64,000 nt of DNA from Ignavibacteria bacterium (GCA_049317745.1 JBMOHR010000002.1:9997-73996), one strand, 5' to 3'. Shown: positions 23,546-34,038, numbered from the stretch's first letter. Numbers and translations are program-made. Notes: a model not told the origin generated them from the sequence alone.

Positions 23546-23953
23546 TTATTTGTTTATAGGACCATAACTATCACGAGTGAATGAGTCGTTAAATCCTTTT
23601 CTTTTTACGGCTTGCAAAACCTCTTCTGCTTCAGTTAATGTTTTATATTCACCGACCAGTATTCTGTAAAGACCATCCTTGGTTTGTGTCATAGTTACAT
23701 CCATCCTTAATTCAGATTTGGCATCTCTTAAGAATGCATCGGCATAAGATTTATTCGCAAAAGCACCAACCTGAACACTAAACGGACCTCTTTCAACTTT
23801 CGGGACTTTATTGTATAAAGTATCCGTTTGCCTAACAATGGTTTTACCGTAAATATCTTCTTCCGCACATTCATTATCTGCACAGCATGAAGTCATTATA
23901 ATTGAAATGCTAAACGCGGTTAAAATTAATATAGTGTAATATAGATTTTTCAT
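23546..23953 (-). CDS. SPOR-domain lipoprotein
   Basis: Lipobox (MTSCC). C-terminal SPOR-like segment FSVQVGAFANKSYADAF...YRILVGEYKTLTEAEEVLQAVKRKGF. Confidence 0.7.
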   Translation of the reverse strand: MKNLYYTILILTAFSISIIMTSCCADNECAEEDIYGKTIVRQTDTLYNKVPKVERGPFSVQVGAFANKSYADAFLRDAKSELRMDVTMTQTKDGLYRILVGEYKTLTEAEEVLQAVKRKGFNDSFTRDSYGPINK

Positions 23954-23972
23954 TTTATACTCAGTTTAATTT

Positions 23973-24365
23973 TTAGTCTAAAGATTTTACAAAAGCATTA
24001 GAAAACCCTTTGGATTTAACGTAATTCAGGTAATCCTGAGCGGAACTCGCTTCGTTAAATTTTCCAACGGTAACCAAATAAATGCTTCCTGTTTTTCTGA
24101 CATCAGGAATAGAGTTTAGTTTTTCTTTAGCAGAAACAACAAAAGCATCAGCATAGTTTTGCTCTTTAAACGCAGCCAGCTGAATGACGAATGTCAAATT
24201 AACTTTCTGAACGTTTCTTTGCTCTTTAATTAATGTATCGACATTCAAAACAACGGTGTCTTTTAATACATAAATATCCTCATCATCACTTGATGTACAT
24301 GAAGACATCAAAGAAACGAGAAGAAACGCAACTAAAACTAACGGATATATGTATATTCTTTTCAT
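23973..24365 (-). CDS. SPOR-domain lipoprotein (tandem paralog)
   Basis: Lipobox (MSSC). FVIQLAAFKEQNYADAF...YLVTVGKFNEASSAQDYLNYVKSKGF. Same architecture as 23546..23953. Confidence 0.7.
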   Translation of the reverse strand: MKRIYIYPLVLVAFLLVSLMSSCTSSDDEDIYVLKDTVVLNVDTLIKEQRNVQKVNLTFVIQLAAFKEQNYADAFVVSAKEKLNSIPDVRKTGSIYLVTVGKFNEASSAQDYLNYVKSKGFSNAFVKSLD

Positions 24366-24588
24366 AATGATATTTTTACGTTTTAATTAATACATAATAA
24401 AACACTAAAAATCAGGTTGAGTAAAAAATAACTCAACTTTCATTAAGTTAACTATTTTCTAATAAATAACAAATGTAATATAAAGTAAACTTTTAAGTCT
24501 TTTAGCTATTTATTTCTTACTATAAAATACGCAACAAAAATTGTAAATTACTGCACAAAACACTTTATTAATAAATATTATAATATTT

Positions 24589-25443
24589 ATGGAAAATTAC
24601 AAGAGATTATTTGAAGATGTTAATATTTCGGAGACAGCAAAGAAACTATCATTCAATAAAGATATAAACGATAATAAGAATGATTATGTGTTTAAGGCGA
24701 TTTCATTTATTGATCTTACAACTTTAGAGGGAAATGACACATTTGATAAGGTCGGTAAATTATGCGAGAGAGCTATAAATCCATCGAATGAAAAAGATGT
24801 TCCGGCTTGTGCAGCTATTTGCATATATCCAAGATTTATCAATTATGTTTCCAGTAAGTTAAAAGGTACAAATATAAAAACTGCTACAGTAGCGACCTCA
24901 TTTCCATCGGGGCAAGTACCTATTGAATTAAAATTACAAGAAGTGAAGTACTGTATTGAAGAGGGTGCGGACGAAGTTGATATGGTAATTTCAAGGGGTG
25001 AGTTTTTATCAAACAATTACAAACTTGTTTCGGATGAAATTGCACAGATTAGTGATTTATGTAAAACAGGTAAAGGCGGTAAATCAGTTCATTTAAAGGT
25101 GATACTTGAAACAGGAGAATTAAAGACGACAGAAAACATATATCTTGCGAGTGTACTGGCAATAAACGCAGGAGCTGATTTTATAAAAACATCTACGGGA
25201 AAAATATCTCCTGCAGCAACACTGGAAGCTGCATACGTAATGCTCAATGTGATAAAAGACCACTTTGATAAAACAGGAAAGAGAATAGGATTTAAACCTG
25301 CGGGTGGGATAAGAACCACAGAAGAAGCATTGCAGTATATTTCATTAGTAAAGAATATTTTAGGTGATGAATGGTTAACTCCTGGGTTATTCAGAATTGG
25401 GGCTTCGTCATTGCTGAATAATTTATTAGAAGATTTAAAATAA
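24589..25443 (+). CDS. deoC: Deoxyribose-phosphate aldolase (long form)
   Basis: IDLTTL, DMVI, Schiff-base lysine context ADFIKTSTGK, and FKPAGGIRT. Confidence 0.9.
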   Translation: MENYKRLFEDVNISETAKKLSFNKDINDNKNDYVFKAISFIDLTTLEGNDTFDKVGKLCERAINPSNEKDVPACAAICIYPRFINYVSSKLKGTNIKTATVATSFPSGQVPIELKLQEVKYCIEEGADEVDMVISRGEFLSNNYKLVSDEIAQISDLCKTGKGGKSVHLKVILETGELKTTENIYLASVLAINAGADFIKTSTGKISPAATLEAAYVMLNVIKDHFDKTGKRIGFKPAGGIRTTEEALQYISLVKNILGDEWLTPGLFRIGASSLLNNLLEDLK

Positions 25444-25480
25444 ATTTAAAATAACTTCCCTTAGAGATAAGGGAAGTTTA

Positions 25481-28054
25481 TTATAATCCTTGGAGTATTT
25501 CTTCGAGTTCGTCTTCTGTGATGAGAATCTCTCTTCCTTTAGCACCCTGATTTGGTCCTACAATTCCTGCTTCTTCCATCTGATCAACTATTCTAGCAGC
25601 ACGTGCATAACCAAGTTTAAGTCTTCTTTGTAATGTGGAAGTAGAACAATTCTGAAGTTTAAGTATCAGTCTTGCAGCGTCAGGAAACATTTCATCCCAG
25701 TCATCATCTGAATACATTCCATTAGCTCTCTTCTTCATAACAGAAGGCAGGAGATAAGGTTTGGAATATCCTTTTTGATTAGCGATAAACTCAACCAGCT
25801 TTTCACATTCTTCAGTTGATATATAAGCATTCTGAATTCTGATAGGCTTAGGAGTAGATGAAGATAAATAAAGCATATCACCGTTACGAAGTAACTGATC
25901 AGCACCACCCATATCGAGAATCGTTCTGGAGTCAATTTTTGAAGCTACCTGATAAGCAATACGCACAGGGAAGTTTGCCTTGATTACACCTGTAATAACA
26001 TCTACAGATGGTCTCTGTGTTGCAACTATAAGATGGATACCAACGGCACGTGCCATCTGGGCAATTCTTGCAATAGGTTCTTCAATTTCTCTTTTAGCGG
26101 TAATCATTAAATCAGCAAGTTCATCGATGATTACAACAATATAAGGCATCTTCTTATGTCTTATAACTTCATTGTTCTTAAGTTTCCCTTCAGCATATTT
26201 AACATTATAAGCTTCAATATTCCTGACGCCTCCGTTAGCAAGTTTGTCGTATCGCTGTTCCATTTCCATTTCAACACTTTTAAGAATAGAAACAGCATTA
26301 GAAGGACTTGTAACTATGCTTTCATTAATATCGTTTGATGTAGCAACAAAGTGATTTCTGAGTTTAGAGTACAAACTAAGTTCAATCTTCTTCGGATCAA
26401 TCATTACAAACTTAAGGTCTGACGGATGCATTTTATAGAGTAAGGACGCAATAATAGTATTTATACCGACACTCTTACCAGAGCCAGTTGCACCAGCCAT
26501 TAAAACGTGCGGCATCTTGGAAAGGTCATCGACATAAATTTCACCGTCAATCATTTTACCGAATGCTACAGTAAGTTTCTTAGAACTCTCATTAAATTTT
26601 GCAGAAGATACAACTTCTTTAACTCTTACCATCTGAGATTTACTGTTTGGTATTTCAACACCGACAGTACCTCTGCCAGGAATAGGGATAATCATACGAA
26701 TACCTTTTGCCTTCATAGCAAGGGCAATGTCATCCTGCAAAGATTCAATCTTGGAAAGTTTAACTTCAGGAGCAGGTATTAACTCATACAGAGTGACTAC
26801 AGGACCGGGTGTTGCGGCAATATCCTTAATCTCAATACCAAACTTAAGAAGTTTTTCCTGCAACAAACGTCCGTTATGTTTTAATTCTTCATCGGATATT
26901 GTTTCTAAATCCTCTTTACTCGGATCTTCAAGAATATCCAGCGGCGGAAATTTATATCCTTCGAGTTTTTCTTCAATGAAGTCATCTTCCTGCATACTTT
27001 CCAGACCCTCGAGTTCATTCGAGTTTTCCGGGTTGATATCAGTTTCAGATGCCTCTTCCTTTTTAGGAGTTTTTATTATCAGATCGTCTATCTTCTTTTT
27101 CTTCTTTTTGTCTGATGCAGATTCTTTTACATCTTTCTTAATATCTTCTTTTGCATCGTCCTTAATATCCATCACATCATCCTTTGGAAGAACGCTTACA
27201 GGAGTCTGTGGTCTGTTGATTTCAGTATCTTTTATTAACTCACCATCTTCAGGTTGTTTACTCTTTAGTCTTCTGATTTTATCTCTTTCTTTAAGAAGTG
27301 CATCCTGAATATCGTTTTCGTCTTTAGTTACGGCTTTTGTTAATTTCTCTTCTTTTGATGCAACCAGGTCTTCTTTTTCTTTATGGAATTTCTCTTTAAT
27401 CTTTTCAAACAGAATTTTAATTCTTGCCAATGACCTGAGTATATTACCATCGATAAGTAGCATTACAATCAATGCGAGTATAATAATGAATATTACTGAA
27501 GCACCAACACCACCAAGTCCATAATAAAAGATTGAAGCGATAAAATTACCGGTTGCACCGCTGTAAGCACCTGTCATATAATCAGTACCGACAAAAAATC
27601 TTATTAAACCTGCAGAAGCAGAAAGAGCAGTCATAAACAAAACCAAATAAACAGATATGGTTGCAGGCCTGGACATTTCTTTTCTTCTGAAGAGAGTATA
27701 TCCTATTATAATCAGGATTACAGGTATTACGGTCGTAAAATAACCGAACAGATTTTCTATAGAAATATTGGCGACAAAGGCTCCTGCTATTCCAAGGAGA
27801 TTATTAATTTTGTAAAGAGAAGAATATGTTTCTTTCCTGAATATATCTAATAACGAAAACTTTAATAAAGTTTGAGCATCTGCTTTTGAATAACTGAGAA
27901 TAGCAATAAAGGAAAGTACGCCAAGGAATACAATCAGCACTCCAATTAACCGGATTTTAAAATTCTCAGATATCCGGAATTCTTCCTGTGTATTCTTCTT
28001 ACTTTTTCTTTCAGGTTTCGCTGCTGAAAGTTTTGCTTTCATCTTTTTATTCAT
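25481..28054 (-). CDS. ftsK: DNA translocase FtsK
   Basis: N-terminal TM helices, K/E/D-rich linker, motor domain with Walker A (AGATGSGKS) and IVVIIDELADL. C-terminal winged-helix gamma domain (STSTLQRRLKLGYARAARIVDQMEEAGIVG). Confidence 0.95.
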   Translation of the reverse strand: MNKKMKAKLSAAKPERKSKKNTQEEFRISENFKIRLIGVLIVFLGVLSFIAILSYSKADAQTLLKFSLLDIFRKETYSSLYKINNLLGIAGAFVANISIENLFGYFTTVIPVILIIIGYTLFRRKEMSRPATISVYLVLFMTALSASAGLIRFFVGTDYMTGAYSGATGNFIASIFYYGLGGVGASVIFIIILALIVMLLIDGNILRSLARIKILFEKIKEKFHKEKEDLVASKEEKLTKAVTKDENDIQDALLKERDKIRRLKSKQPEDGELIKDTEINRPQTPVSVLPKDDVMDIKDDAKEDIKKDVKESASDKKKKKKIDDLIIKTPKKEEASETDINPENSNELEGLESMQEDDFIEEKLEGYKFPPLDILEDPSKEDLETISDEELKHNGRLLQEKLLKFGIEIKDIAATPGPVVTLYELIPAPEVKLSKIESLQDDIALAMKAKGIRMIIPIPGRGTVGVEIPNSKSQMVRVKEVVSSAKFNESSKKLTVAFGKMIDGEIYVDDLSKMPHVLMAGATGSGKSVGINTIIASLLYKMHPSDLKFVMIDPKKIELSLYSKLRNHFVATSNDINESIVTSPSNAVSILKSVEMEMEQRYDKLANGGVRNIEAYNVKYAEGKLKNNEVIRHKKMPYIVVIIDELADLMITAKREIEEPIARIAQMARAVGIHLIVATQRPSVDVITGVIKANFPVRIAYQVASKIDSRTILDMGGADQLLRNGDMLYLSSSTPKPIRIQNAYISTEECEKLVEFIANQKGYSKPYLLPSVMKKRANGMYSDDDWDEMFPDAARLILKLQNCSTSTLQRRLKLGYARAARIVDQMEEAGIVGPNQGAKGREILITEDELEEILQGL

Positions 28055-28880
28055 GCTTTGAGCTGCCAGATTTATTACTAATGTTGATTCTTTTCATTTT
28101 TGATTTCTCAGTAGCTTCAGAATCAAAAGTTTCCTTAAGTTTAATGATATTATTTTTAAAAGTCGGTAAACTCTTAAATGAGTCAATATTTGAACAATAC
28201 TCCAGATCTTTATCGAAACCAAGTGAAATAAGATATTTACCGTGTTCACTTTTCTTGAACATGTTTAAAACTCTGTGCTGATCGGGTTTCGCGTTTTTAT
28301 AAATAAGTTGTTTCGCCATCTGATAAGATATATATCCTGAATCCAGCAGAGTATAATTTGCTTTGCCATTTATTTCAAACAACTTAGAAATAATCAGTCC
28401 TGCAAATACGGAATCTTCTACACAAAAGTCATTCAGTTTACCAGAACACACGATTGTAAAATCGTCGTTAATTGCCAATAAGTGTTCAATAACGGTACTA
28501 AGGTTTAAAAAACTTGCCAGTACACAGGACTTAGCATACTTTGATTTAGAGATAGCAACAGTTCCGTTTGTAGTCGAAAAAATCAGAGATTTTAACTTAA
28601 CGTTTTCAGGAGTATATTCAAAAGGAGAATTGCCAAGTTTAAATCCTTCGACAACCTTCCCGTTTCTTTCACCACAAAGTATAGAATTTCCTAACCCTTT
28701 AGATATCCTTGCTGCAACAGAAACACTTTCAGCAGGGATAACCTCTTTAGCACCATTGACTAGCGCAGTTAAAATAGTAGACGAAGCTCTAAGCACATCT
28801 ACAACAACTACGTTCTTATCTTTCAAAGTCAGTTCATCGGGAACCAATGACTGAGATAAATAAACACCGATATTAATCAA
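28047..28880 (-). CDS. 2-phosphosulfolactate phosphatase (ComB) family protein
   Basis: VVVVDVLRASSTI, ERNG, GNSP and TTNGT motifs characteristic of the ComB family. TTG start. 8-nt overlap with the ftsK start. Confidence 0.8.
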   Translation of the reverse strand: MINIGVYLSQSLVPDELTLKDKNVVVVDVLRASSTILTALVNGAKEVIPAESVSVAARISKGLGNSILCGERNGKVVEGFKLGNSPFEYTPENVKLKSLIFSTTNGTVAISKSKYAKSCVLASFLNLSTVIEHLLAINDDFTIVCSGKLNDFCVEDSVFAGLIISKLFEINGKANYTLLDSGYISYQMAKQLIYKNAKPDQHRVLNMFKKSEHGKYLISLGFDKDLEYCSNIDSFKSLPTFKNNIIKLKETFDSEATEKSKMKRINISNKSGSSKHE

Positions 28881-28959
28881 TCAACAATATTTAATTTTAT
28901 AAATCAGGGGATTTTATCAAATCCCCCGTTAAGAATAACAATTATATTTTAAAAACCTA

Positions 28960-30042
28960 TTAACTCACAAACGGAGTCTTTGATACAACAGCTTTAATTC
29001 TTCTGCCGCGAACATCAACTTCAATTTCGGTACCATTTTTACTGTACTCAGTAGTTACATAAGCCATACCGATATTCTTTCCAAGCATCGGAGAAGGTGC
29101 GCCACTTGCGACCTGACCGATTTTCTGTTCACCTACGTAAACATCCTGACCGTGTCTTGCAACCATTTTATCTTCAATAACGAAACCAACGAGTTTCCTC
29201 TTAAGTCCATCCTGTTTTGATTTCATGATAGCTTCTTTGCCGTTGAAATCTCCACAATCGAGTTTCGTAATCCAGGCAAGACCTGCTTCGAGAGGGTTTG
29301 TGGTTTCATCCATATCATTTCCATAAAGCCTGAAAGCGTATTCAAGTCTGAGTGTATCTCTTGCACCGAGACCAATAGGTTTAATGTCAAATTCTTTACC
29401 TGCTTCAAAAATAGCATTCCAGAGTTCTTCTGATTTCTTAATATCCGAAGAAGAATATATTTCGAAACATATTTTCTCACCTGTATAACCTGTTCTAGAT
29501 ATGATAACATCCTGACCTGCAACTTTACCGAGTTCAAAATGATAATATTCAATCTTAGAAAGATCAGTATCAGTAAGCTTCTGCAGGGTTTTCATTGAGT
29601 TTTGTCCCTGAACAGCGAGAAGCGAAGTTTCTTCCGAAATATCTTTAATAACAACATCACCAAAAACATTTTCCTTCATCCATTTAATATCTTTCTCGAT
29701 GTTTGAAGCATTGATTACCAACATAAAATAATCACCGCAATGATAGACGAGTAAGTCATCAACAATTCCGCCATTTGGCAGACACATTGATGAATACTGG
29801 ACTCTACCTTTAAAAAGCTGGGATACATCGTTAGTAGTGAGTTTCTGAACAAAAGCAAAAGCATCCTTACCGTGAATCTGTACTTCACCCATATGGGAAA
29901 CATCGAATACACCGACAGAATTTCTGACAGCTTTATGTTCGGCAATGATACCTTCGTATTGAACAGGCATTTCATAACCTGCAAATTCAACTAATTTAGC
30001 ACCGTACTTTTTATGTAATTCATTAAATGCAGTCTTTTTCAT
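28960..30042 (-). CDS. gcvT: Glycine cleavage system aminomethyltransferase (T protein)
   Basis: KKTAFNELHKKYGAKLVEFAGYEMPVQY, VGVFDVSHMG, SRTGYTGE, GLGARDTLRLE. Confidence 0.95.
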   Translation of the reverse strand: MKKTAFNELHKKYGAKLVEFAGYEMPVQYEGIIAEHKAVRNSVGVFDVSHMGEVQIHGKDAFAFVQKLTTNDVSQLFKGRVQYSSMCLPNGGIVDDLLVYHCGDYFMLVINASNIEKDIKWMKENVFGDVVIKDISEETSLLAVQGQNSMKTLQKLTDTDLSKIEYYHFELGKVAGQDVIISRTGYTGEKICFEIYSSSDIKKSEELWNAIFEAGKEFDIKPIGLGARDTLRLEYAFRLYGNDMDETTNPLEAGLAWITKLDCGDFNGKEAIMKSKQDGLKRKLVGFVIEDKMVARHGQDVYVGEQKIGQVASGAPSPMLGKNIGMAYVTTEYSKNGTEIEVDVRGRRIKAVVSKTPFVS

Positions 30043-30086
30043 TACTTTTAAATTTATAAATTATTAAAATTCCTCCGTTAAGAATA

Positions 30087-30734
30087 CTACTTATTTAATT
30101 TCTTCCAGTCATCCAAGAATTTCTCAAGACCCATATCGGTTAATGGATGTTTTGCCAGTTGCTCAATAACTTTAAAAGGCATTGTACATACATCTGCGCC
30201 CATGAGACAGGATTCAACAAAGTGTATTGGATGTCTTATAGATGCGACGAGCACCTGAGTCTGATAATCGTAATTCGAATAGATTTGAACAATCTGTGAG
30301 ATTAACTCCATACCGTTGAATGATATGTCATCGAGTCTTCCGACAAACGGACTTACCAGATAAGCTCCTGCTTTAGCAGCGAGTAAAGCCTGTGAAGGAG
30401 AGAAACATAAAGTAACATTAGTTTTTATACCTTCTTCGGTAAACGTTTTAGTAGCTTTAAGACCTGCTTTGATTAAAGGGACTTTAACTACTATATTCTT
30501 GTGAATCTTTGCAAGTTCCCTACCCTCTTTGATCATACCTTCGTAGTCGGTAGAAACGACTTCTGCGCTGATATCGCCGTCGACGATAGCGCAGATTTTT
30601 TCGAGCATTGATTTAAAATCTTTGTGTCCTTCTTTAGCTACCAATGAAGGGTTTGTTGTAACACCATCGAGCAGACCCATGTCAGCTGCTTCTTTTATCT
30701 CATTCAGATTTGCTGTATCTATGAAGATTTTCAT
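30087..30734 (-). CDS. tal: Short-type transaldolase / fructose-6-phosphate aldolase
   Basis: [16 protein letters not shown]...GVTTNPSL, Schiff-base lysine context [14 protein letters not shown]. 215 aa. Confidence 0.9.
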   Translation of the reverse strand: MKIFIDTANLNEIKEAADMGLLDGVTTNPSLVAKEGHKDFKSMLEKICAIVDGDISAEVVSTDYEGMIKEGRELAKIHKNIVVKVPLIKAGLKATKTFTEEGIKTNVTLCFSPSQALLAAKAGAYLVSPFVGRLDDISFNGMELISQIVQIYSNYDYQTQVLVASIRHPIHFVESCLMGADVCTMPFKVIEQLAKHPLTDMGLEKFLDDWKKLNK

Positions 30735-30896
30735 ACTGAAAAGTTATTTTAATTATAAAATTAGTATTGTGAGAATTTATTCAAAATAAAACACAATATA
30801 AATTCATAAATTCATCTTATTTGAACTATATGAAAGGAACATTGTTTTAATAGTTTTAGTAAAAAATATAGGGTGATAAAATAAAATCACAGAACA

Positions 30897-31589
30897 ATGA
30901 GAAAAACACTATACATCTTAGCATTGCTTGTAATGCTTACAGCAGCGGCAAACACATATGCACAAAAGGTATCATCGTTAACACTTTCGCTTTATGACGG
31001 CAGTACATTCGCAGTTGAATTCGATAAAAGTGTCATCGCCAAACAGAGCGAGGAGATAACGATTGACGGAATAGCAGGCGGAAAACATTATATAAAGATC
31101 ACCCCAACTAATGCGAGTAAACCAATTTATTCAAGTGAAATAACCATAACTGAAGGATACACAATACGAGCCGTGATTGATGAATATAAAGCATTTAATG
31201 TATACCAGAAGTTCAAATACAGAAAAACAAAAGGCAGCATTGAAATAATAGACTGGGAACATCATAACGGGAACAGAGAACACGATGAGGAATATTACAG
31301 AGTAATAAGCGACAGAGACTTTGTTGATTTAACGAATATAGTAGCAGGAACTCCATTTGACGAGACAAAGACTGAATTGTTAAAATATGGTATTGACAGA
31401 TCATTTTTTACAACAGACCATGTAAACAGTATGATAAAGATGCTTACGTTTGAAACTTACAGAGTTGAAATAGCTAAATATGCATATAAGAAAACAGTAG
31501 ATAAGAGAAGCTATTTGACAGTTTTCGGTAATTTTAAATACAGCAGCAGTATCACTGAGTTGAAAGATTACATAGATTCGTATAAATAG
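30897..31589 (+). CDS. Secreted DUF4476-like protein
   Basis: Signal peptide. The C-terminal segment ISDRDFVDL...FDETKTELLKYGIDRSFFTTDHVNSMIKMLTFETYRVEIAKYAYKKTVDKRSYLTVFGNFKYSSS matches my recollection of the DUF4476 repeat pattern. Assigned from memory only. Confidence 0.55.
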   Translation: MRKTLYILALLVMLTAAANTYAQKVSSLTLSLYDGSTFAVEFDKSVIAKQSEEITIDGIAGGKHYIKITPTNASKPIYSSEITITEGYTIRAVIDEYKAFNVYQKFKYRKTKGSIEIIDWEHHNGNREHDEEYYRVISDRDFVDLTNIVAGTPFDETKTELLKYGIDRSFFTTDHVNSMIKMLTFETYRVEIAKYAYKKTVDKRSYLTVFGNFKYSSSITELKDYIDSYK

Positions 31590-31653
31590 GCATAGAAATC
31601 TTATGATATACATTGAAAAGAATCAATAAATTGTTTACTTTTGTAATTCACCA

Positions 31654-31738
31654 GCCCGGGTGGCGGAATTGGTAGACGCGCAGGACTTAAAATCCTGTTG
31701 CCTGAAAGGCAGTATCGGTTCGATTCCGATTTCGGGCA
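31654..31738 (+). tRNA. tRNA-Leu (anticodon UAA), class II with long variable arm
   Basis: Acceptor stem GCCCGGG / TTCGGGC (two G-U pairs). Anticodon stem CAGGA/TCCTG with loop CTTAAAA. Variable-arm hairpin TGCC-TGAA-AGGCA. T-arm ATCGG-TTCGATT-CCGAT. Discriminator A. CCA is not encoded. Confidence 0.9.
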
Positions 31739-31743
31739 CAAGA

Positions 31744-31775
31744 CCCTTACAGTTTAAACGTTGTAAGGGTTTTTT
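31744..31775 (+). terminator. Intrinsic terminator after tRNA-Leu
   Basis: Stem CCCTTACA (31744-31751) / TGTAAGGG (31762-31769) followed by TTTTTT. Confidence 0.75.
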
Positions 31776-31820
31776 GTTTTAAGGGATTAAGTATTACCTA
31801 GTCCTTAATCAAAAAACCGA

Positions 31821-32831
31821 ATGACAGAAATACTGATAATAAGGCCGCAAAGTATACAGCTTGGTGATACTATCTGTTCATTGCCGATGTTTAAAGCAAT
31901 TAAGAAAAGATATCCTGATTCTTTTATTACCTTTGTTGGCTGTCCTACAAATTACAACGTAAACCTTAAAAAACTAAATCCTTTTCTTGACGAAGTAATT
32001 ATATTCAAAAAAGACAATCTTAAAGTTCAGTATGATTTCTACAAAGAGTTAAGGAAAAAGAAATACGACGTAGTAATTGTGCCTTCGACAATAAGAATTT
32101 CTTCGACTTCATACTTTATTGCTCTTATGGCAAAGGGGAAATTGAAAGTCGGGATAAAAAGAATTGATGCTGAAAATAACCCACTTGGCTTTGCACTCGA
32201 TGTAAAGGAAGAAGTAACATGGAAGAAGGACAGGACTAATCAGGTGTACAGATTTCTGGATACTATAAAAGGTATTGGATGCGAAATGACACAGGAAGAG
32301 ATTAAGGAAATGAGGATTTCTTTGAGTGATGAAGAGATTGAGTTCGGAAATATTTATACGGCAGAGAATTTTCCTGATAAGAGCAAACAGATATTCGGGT
32401 TTCACCCTGGCGGAGGTAAGAAAGCAAATCTTTGGGATGTGAATAACTACTTTGATTTAATAAAAAAAGTTTATGAAAAGTATAATCCATACATATTAAT
32501 CACTTCGGGATTTTTTGATGATGAAATTACAGATAAGTTGGAAGCGATGTTAAAGGGTTCAGGAATAACATTCACAATGAACAGGAACCTTGATGCTTAC
32601 AGGCTTGCATCAGTCTTGAAGCACATAAACTTATACGTTTCGAATGACACAGGAGTGATGCATCTGGCGGCATACGCAGGAACGAGCACTCTTTCAGTAT
32701 TCAGAAACGGAGATTCAGCTGAGTGGATTCCATTATTCAATAACTCTAAGTTTGTCGATTCAAACAGTGACAACATCGACGACATAAAAACTGAAGATGT
32801 GTTTAAAAAGATAGAAGAGTTTTATCCCTGA
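31821..32831 (+). CDS. Glycosyltransferase family 9 (LPS heptosyltransferase-like)
   Basis: IRPQSIQLGDTICSLPMFKAIKKRYP N-terminus and the C-terminal SNDTGVMHLAAYAG motif typical of GT9. Confidence 0.85.
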   Translation: MTEILIIRPQSIQLGDTICSLPMFKAIKKRYPDSFITFVGCPTNYNVNLKKLNPFLDEVIIFKKDNLKVQYDFYKELRKKKYDVVIVPSTIRISSTSYFIALMAKGKLKVGIKRIDAENNPLGFALDVKEEVTWKKDRTNQVYRFLDTIKGIGCEMTQEEIKEMRISLSDEEIEFGNIYTAENFPDKSKQIFGFHPGGGKKANLWDVNNYFDLIKKVYEKYNPYILITSGFFDDEITDKLEAMLKGSGITFTMNRNLDAYRLASVLKHINLYVSNDTGVMHLAAYAGTSTLSVFRNGDSAEWIPLFNNSKFVDSNSDNIDDIKTEDVFKKIEEFYP

Positions 32832-33652
32832 ATGGATTTTACTATTCCGTTTTCGCAGAAGAAAACATTTCTGGTTTTAACATTATAATGGAAGTAATCG
32901 TAGTTGATGTTGTTTTCAGCAGTCTTCGGATGGTACAAATGGTAAACAACTGCGAGATTTCTGACAGACTTAAATTTAACGCCAATCAGACTTAACCTGT
33001 ATTCAATATCTGTATCTTCTCCAATACCTGCACCGTTATAGTTTTCATCGAAGCCGTTTATCTTTACCAGCAATTCTTTATCAACAGAGAAATTGCAGCC
33101 GACTAAATGATTATTTCCTCTGCTGAACAGTTTTCTTAAGAAACCATTTCTAACAATAATACCTTCTTCAGCAGTTGTGGTTGAGTTTTTGAATTTAAAA
33201 GAATTTATAAGAGCCCTGAAAGAAAGACTGCTGAAATCATCTGAGAGTATAAACTTTTTGTTAATCGATTTAGTTAAATCCTCACTTAAGTGGACTCTCC
33301 TGCCAACAAGCAGAGTGTTTTCTTCAGAATTTTCGATGTGAGCTTTAACAAAATCTTTATGTGGGGTACAGTCACCATCGAGGAATACAAGGTAATCGCC
33401 ATTTGATTTTCTTATTGCCTCATTTAGAATCTTATTTTTCCTGAAACCAGAATCTTCCTGGGTTAAGAAAGTAATTTCATAACTACAATCTTTGCGGAAT
33501 TCATCAATGAAAACCTGCATAGGATTACCCGAACCATCGTCTGCTATGATGACATCAAAGTTCATATAAGACTGCTTAGTAAGAGCGGTCAGAAGGATTT
33601 CAAGTTCTCTGACTTTTTTATAAACGGATATTATTACAGTTATCGTTTTCAT
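32822..33652 (-). CDS. Glycosyltransferase family 2
   Basis: ITVIISVYKK start, IIADDGS, FLDGDC (DxD) and a GCNFSV...GFDENY...GEDTD C-terminal region. Confidence 0.85.
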   Translation of the reverse strand: MKTITVIISVYKKVRELEILLTALTKQSYMNFDVIIADDGSGNPMQVFIDEFRKDCSYEITFLTQEDSGFRKNKILNEAIRKSNGDYLVFLDGDCTPHKDFVKAHIENSEENTLLVGRRVHLSEDLTKSINKKFILSDDFSSLSFRALINSFKFKNSTTTAEEGIIVRNGFLRKLFSRGNNHLVGCNFSVDKELLVKINGFDENYNGAGIGEDTDIEYRLSLIGVKFKSVRNLAVVYHLYHPKTAENNINYDYFHYNVKTRNVFFCENGIVKSIQG

Positions 33653-34038
33653 TTAAGGAGAAAAATAATATTATTTACCAAGAAAGAATATGTATTAAAT
33701 CTGTATTGAAGGATGAAATCAGACTTTCTTTTAAAAGTATAAAAAGACAAAGCCCAATACAAGTAAAATTAAAGTACTAACAGGTGTAACGGGACACATT
33801 GCTTTATAACCGAGCACACATTTATCATCTATATTATCATTGGGGAGCAATGTTACCACTGCGTTCATAAATAAGATTATAGCGCGAACTTAAAAAACAA
33901 TTCAGCCTTACTGTTTGATTCAGCCATTTATATTTTATCTTAACTTTAAAGAAATAAAATTTTTAGTATAATACGATTTAAGAATAACCTTAACAGATTA
34001 TCATATTCCAACCAAAATTAAAATAAGGGAGCAACAGA

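Noticed and set aside
24414-24438. Hairpin GTTGAGT-N8-ACTCAAC in the divergent SPOR/deoC intergenic region, considered as a terminator or attenuator
   Set aside because: No gene on either strand ends upstream of it. The stem is only 7 bp and AT-rich at its flanks, which is insufficient evidence for a regulatory call.
26727-27308. 193-aa Ser-rich plus-strand ORF, plus other track ORFs antisense to long genes (e.g. 28363..28854, 10921..11253, 3753..4106, 38761..39114, 53750..54061)
   Set aside because: All lie entirely inside, and antisense to, well-supported genes (ftsK, comB-family, OMP, plsC and others). Their low-complexity composition is what the reverse complement of K/E-rich or biased coding sequence would produce.
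30043-30086. Glycine riboswitch upstream of gcvT. Also cobalamin or THF riboswitches upstream of the metH fragment, folD and the TonB-dependent receptors
   Set aside because: The gcvT upstream gap is only 44 nt. The metH fragment and folD start 2 and 13 nt after the preceding genes. The 200-bp gap at 58670-58869 is accounted for by a terminator hairpin, and I saw no B12-box-like GCCACTG element.
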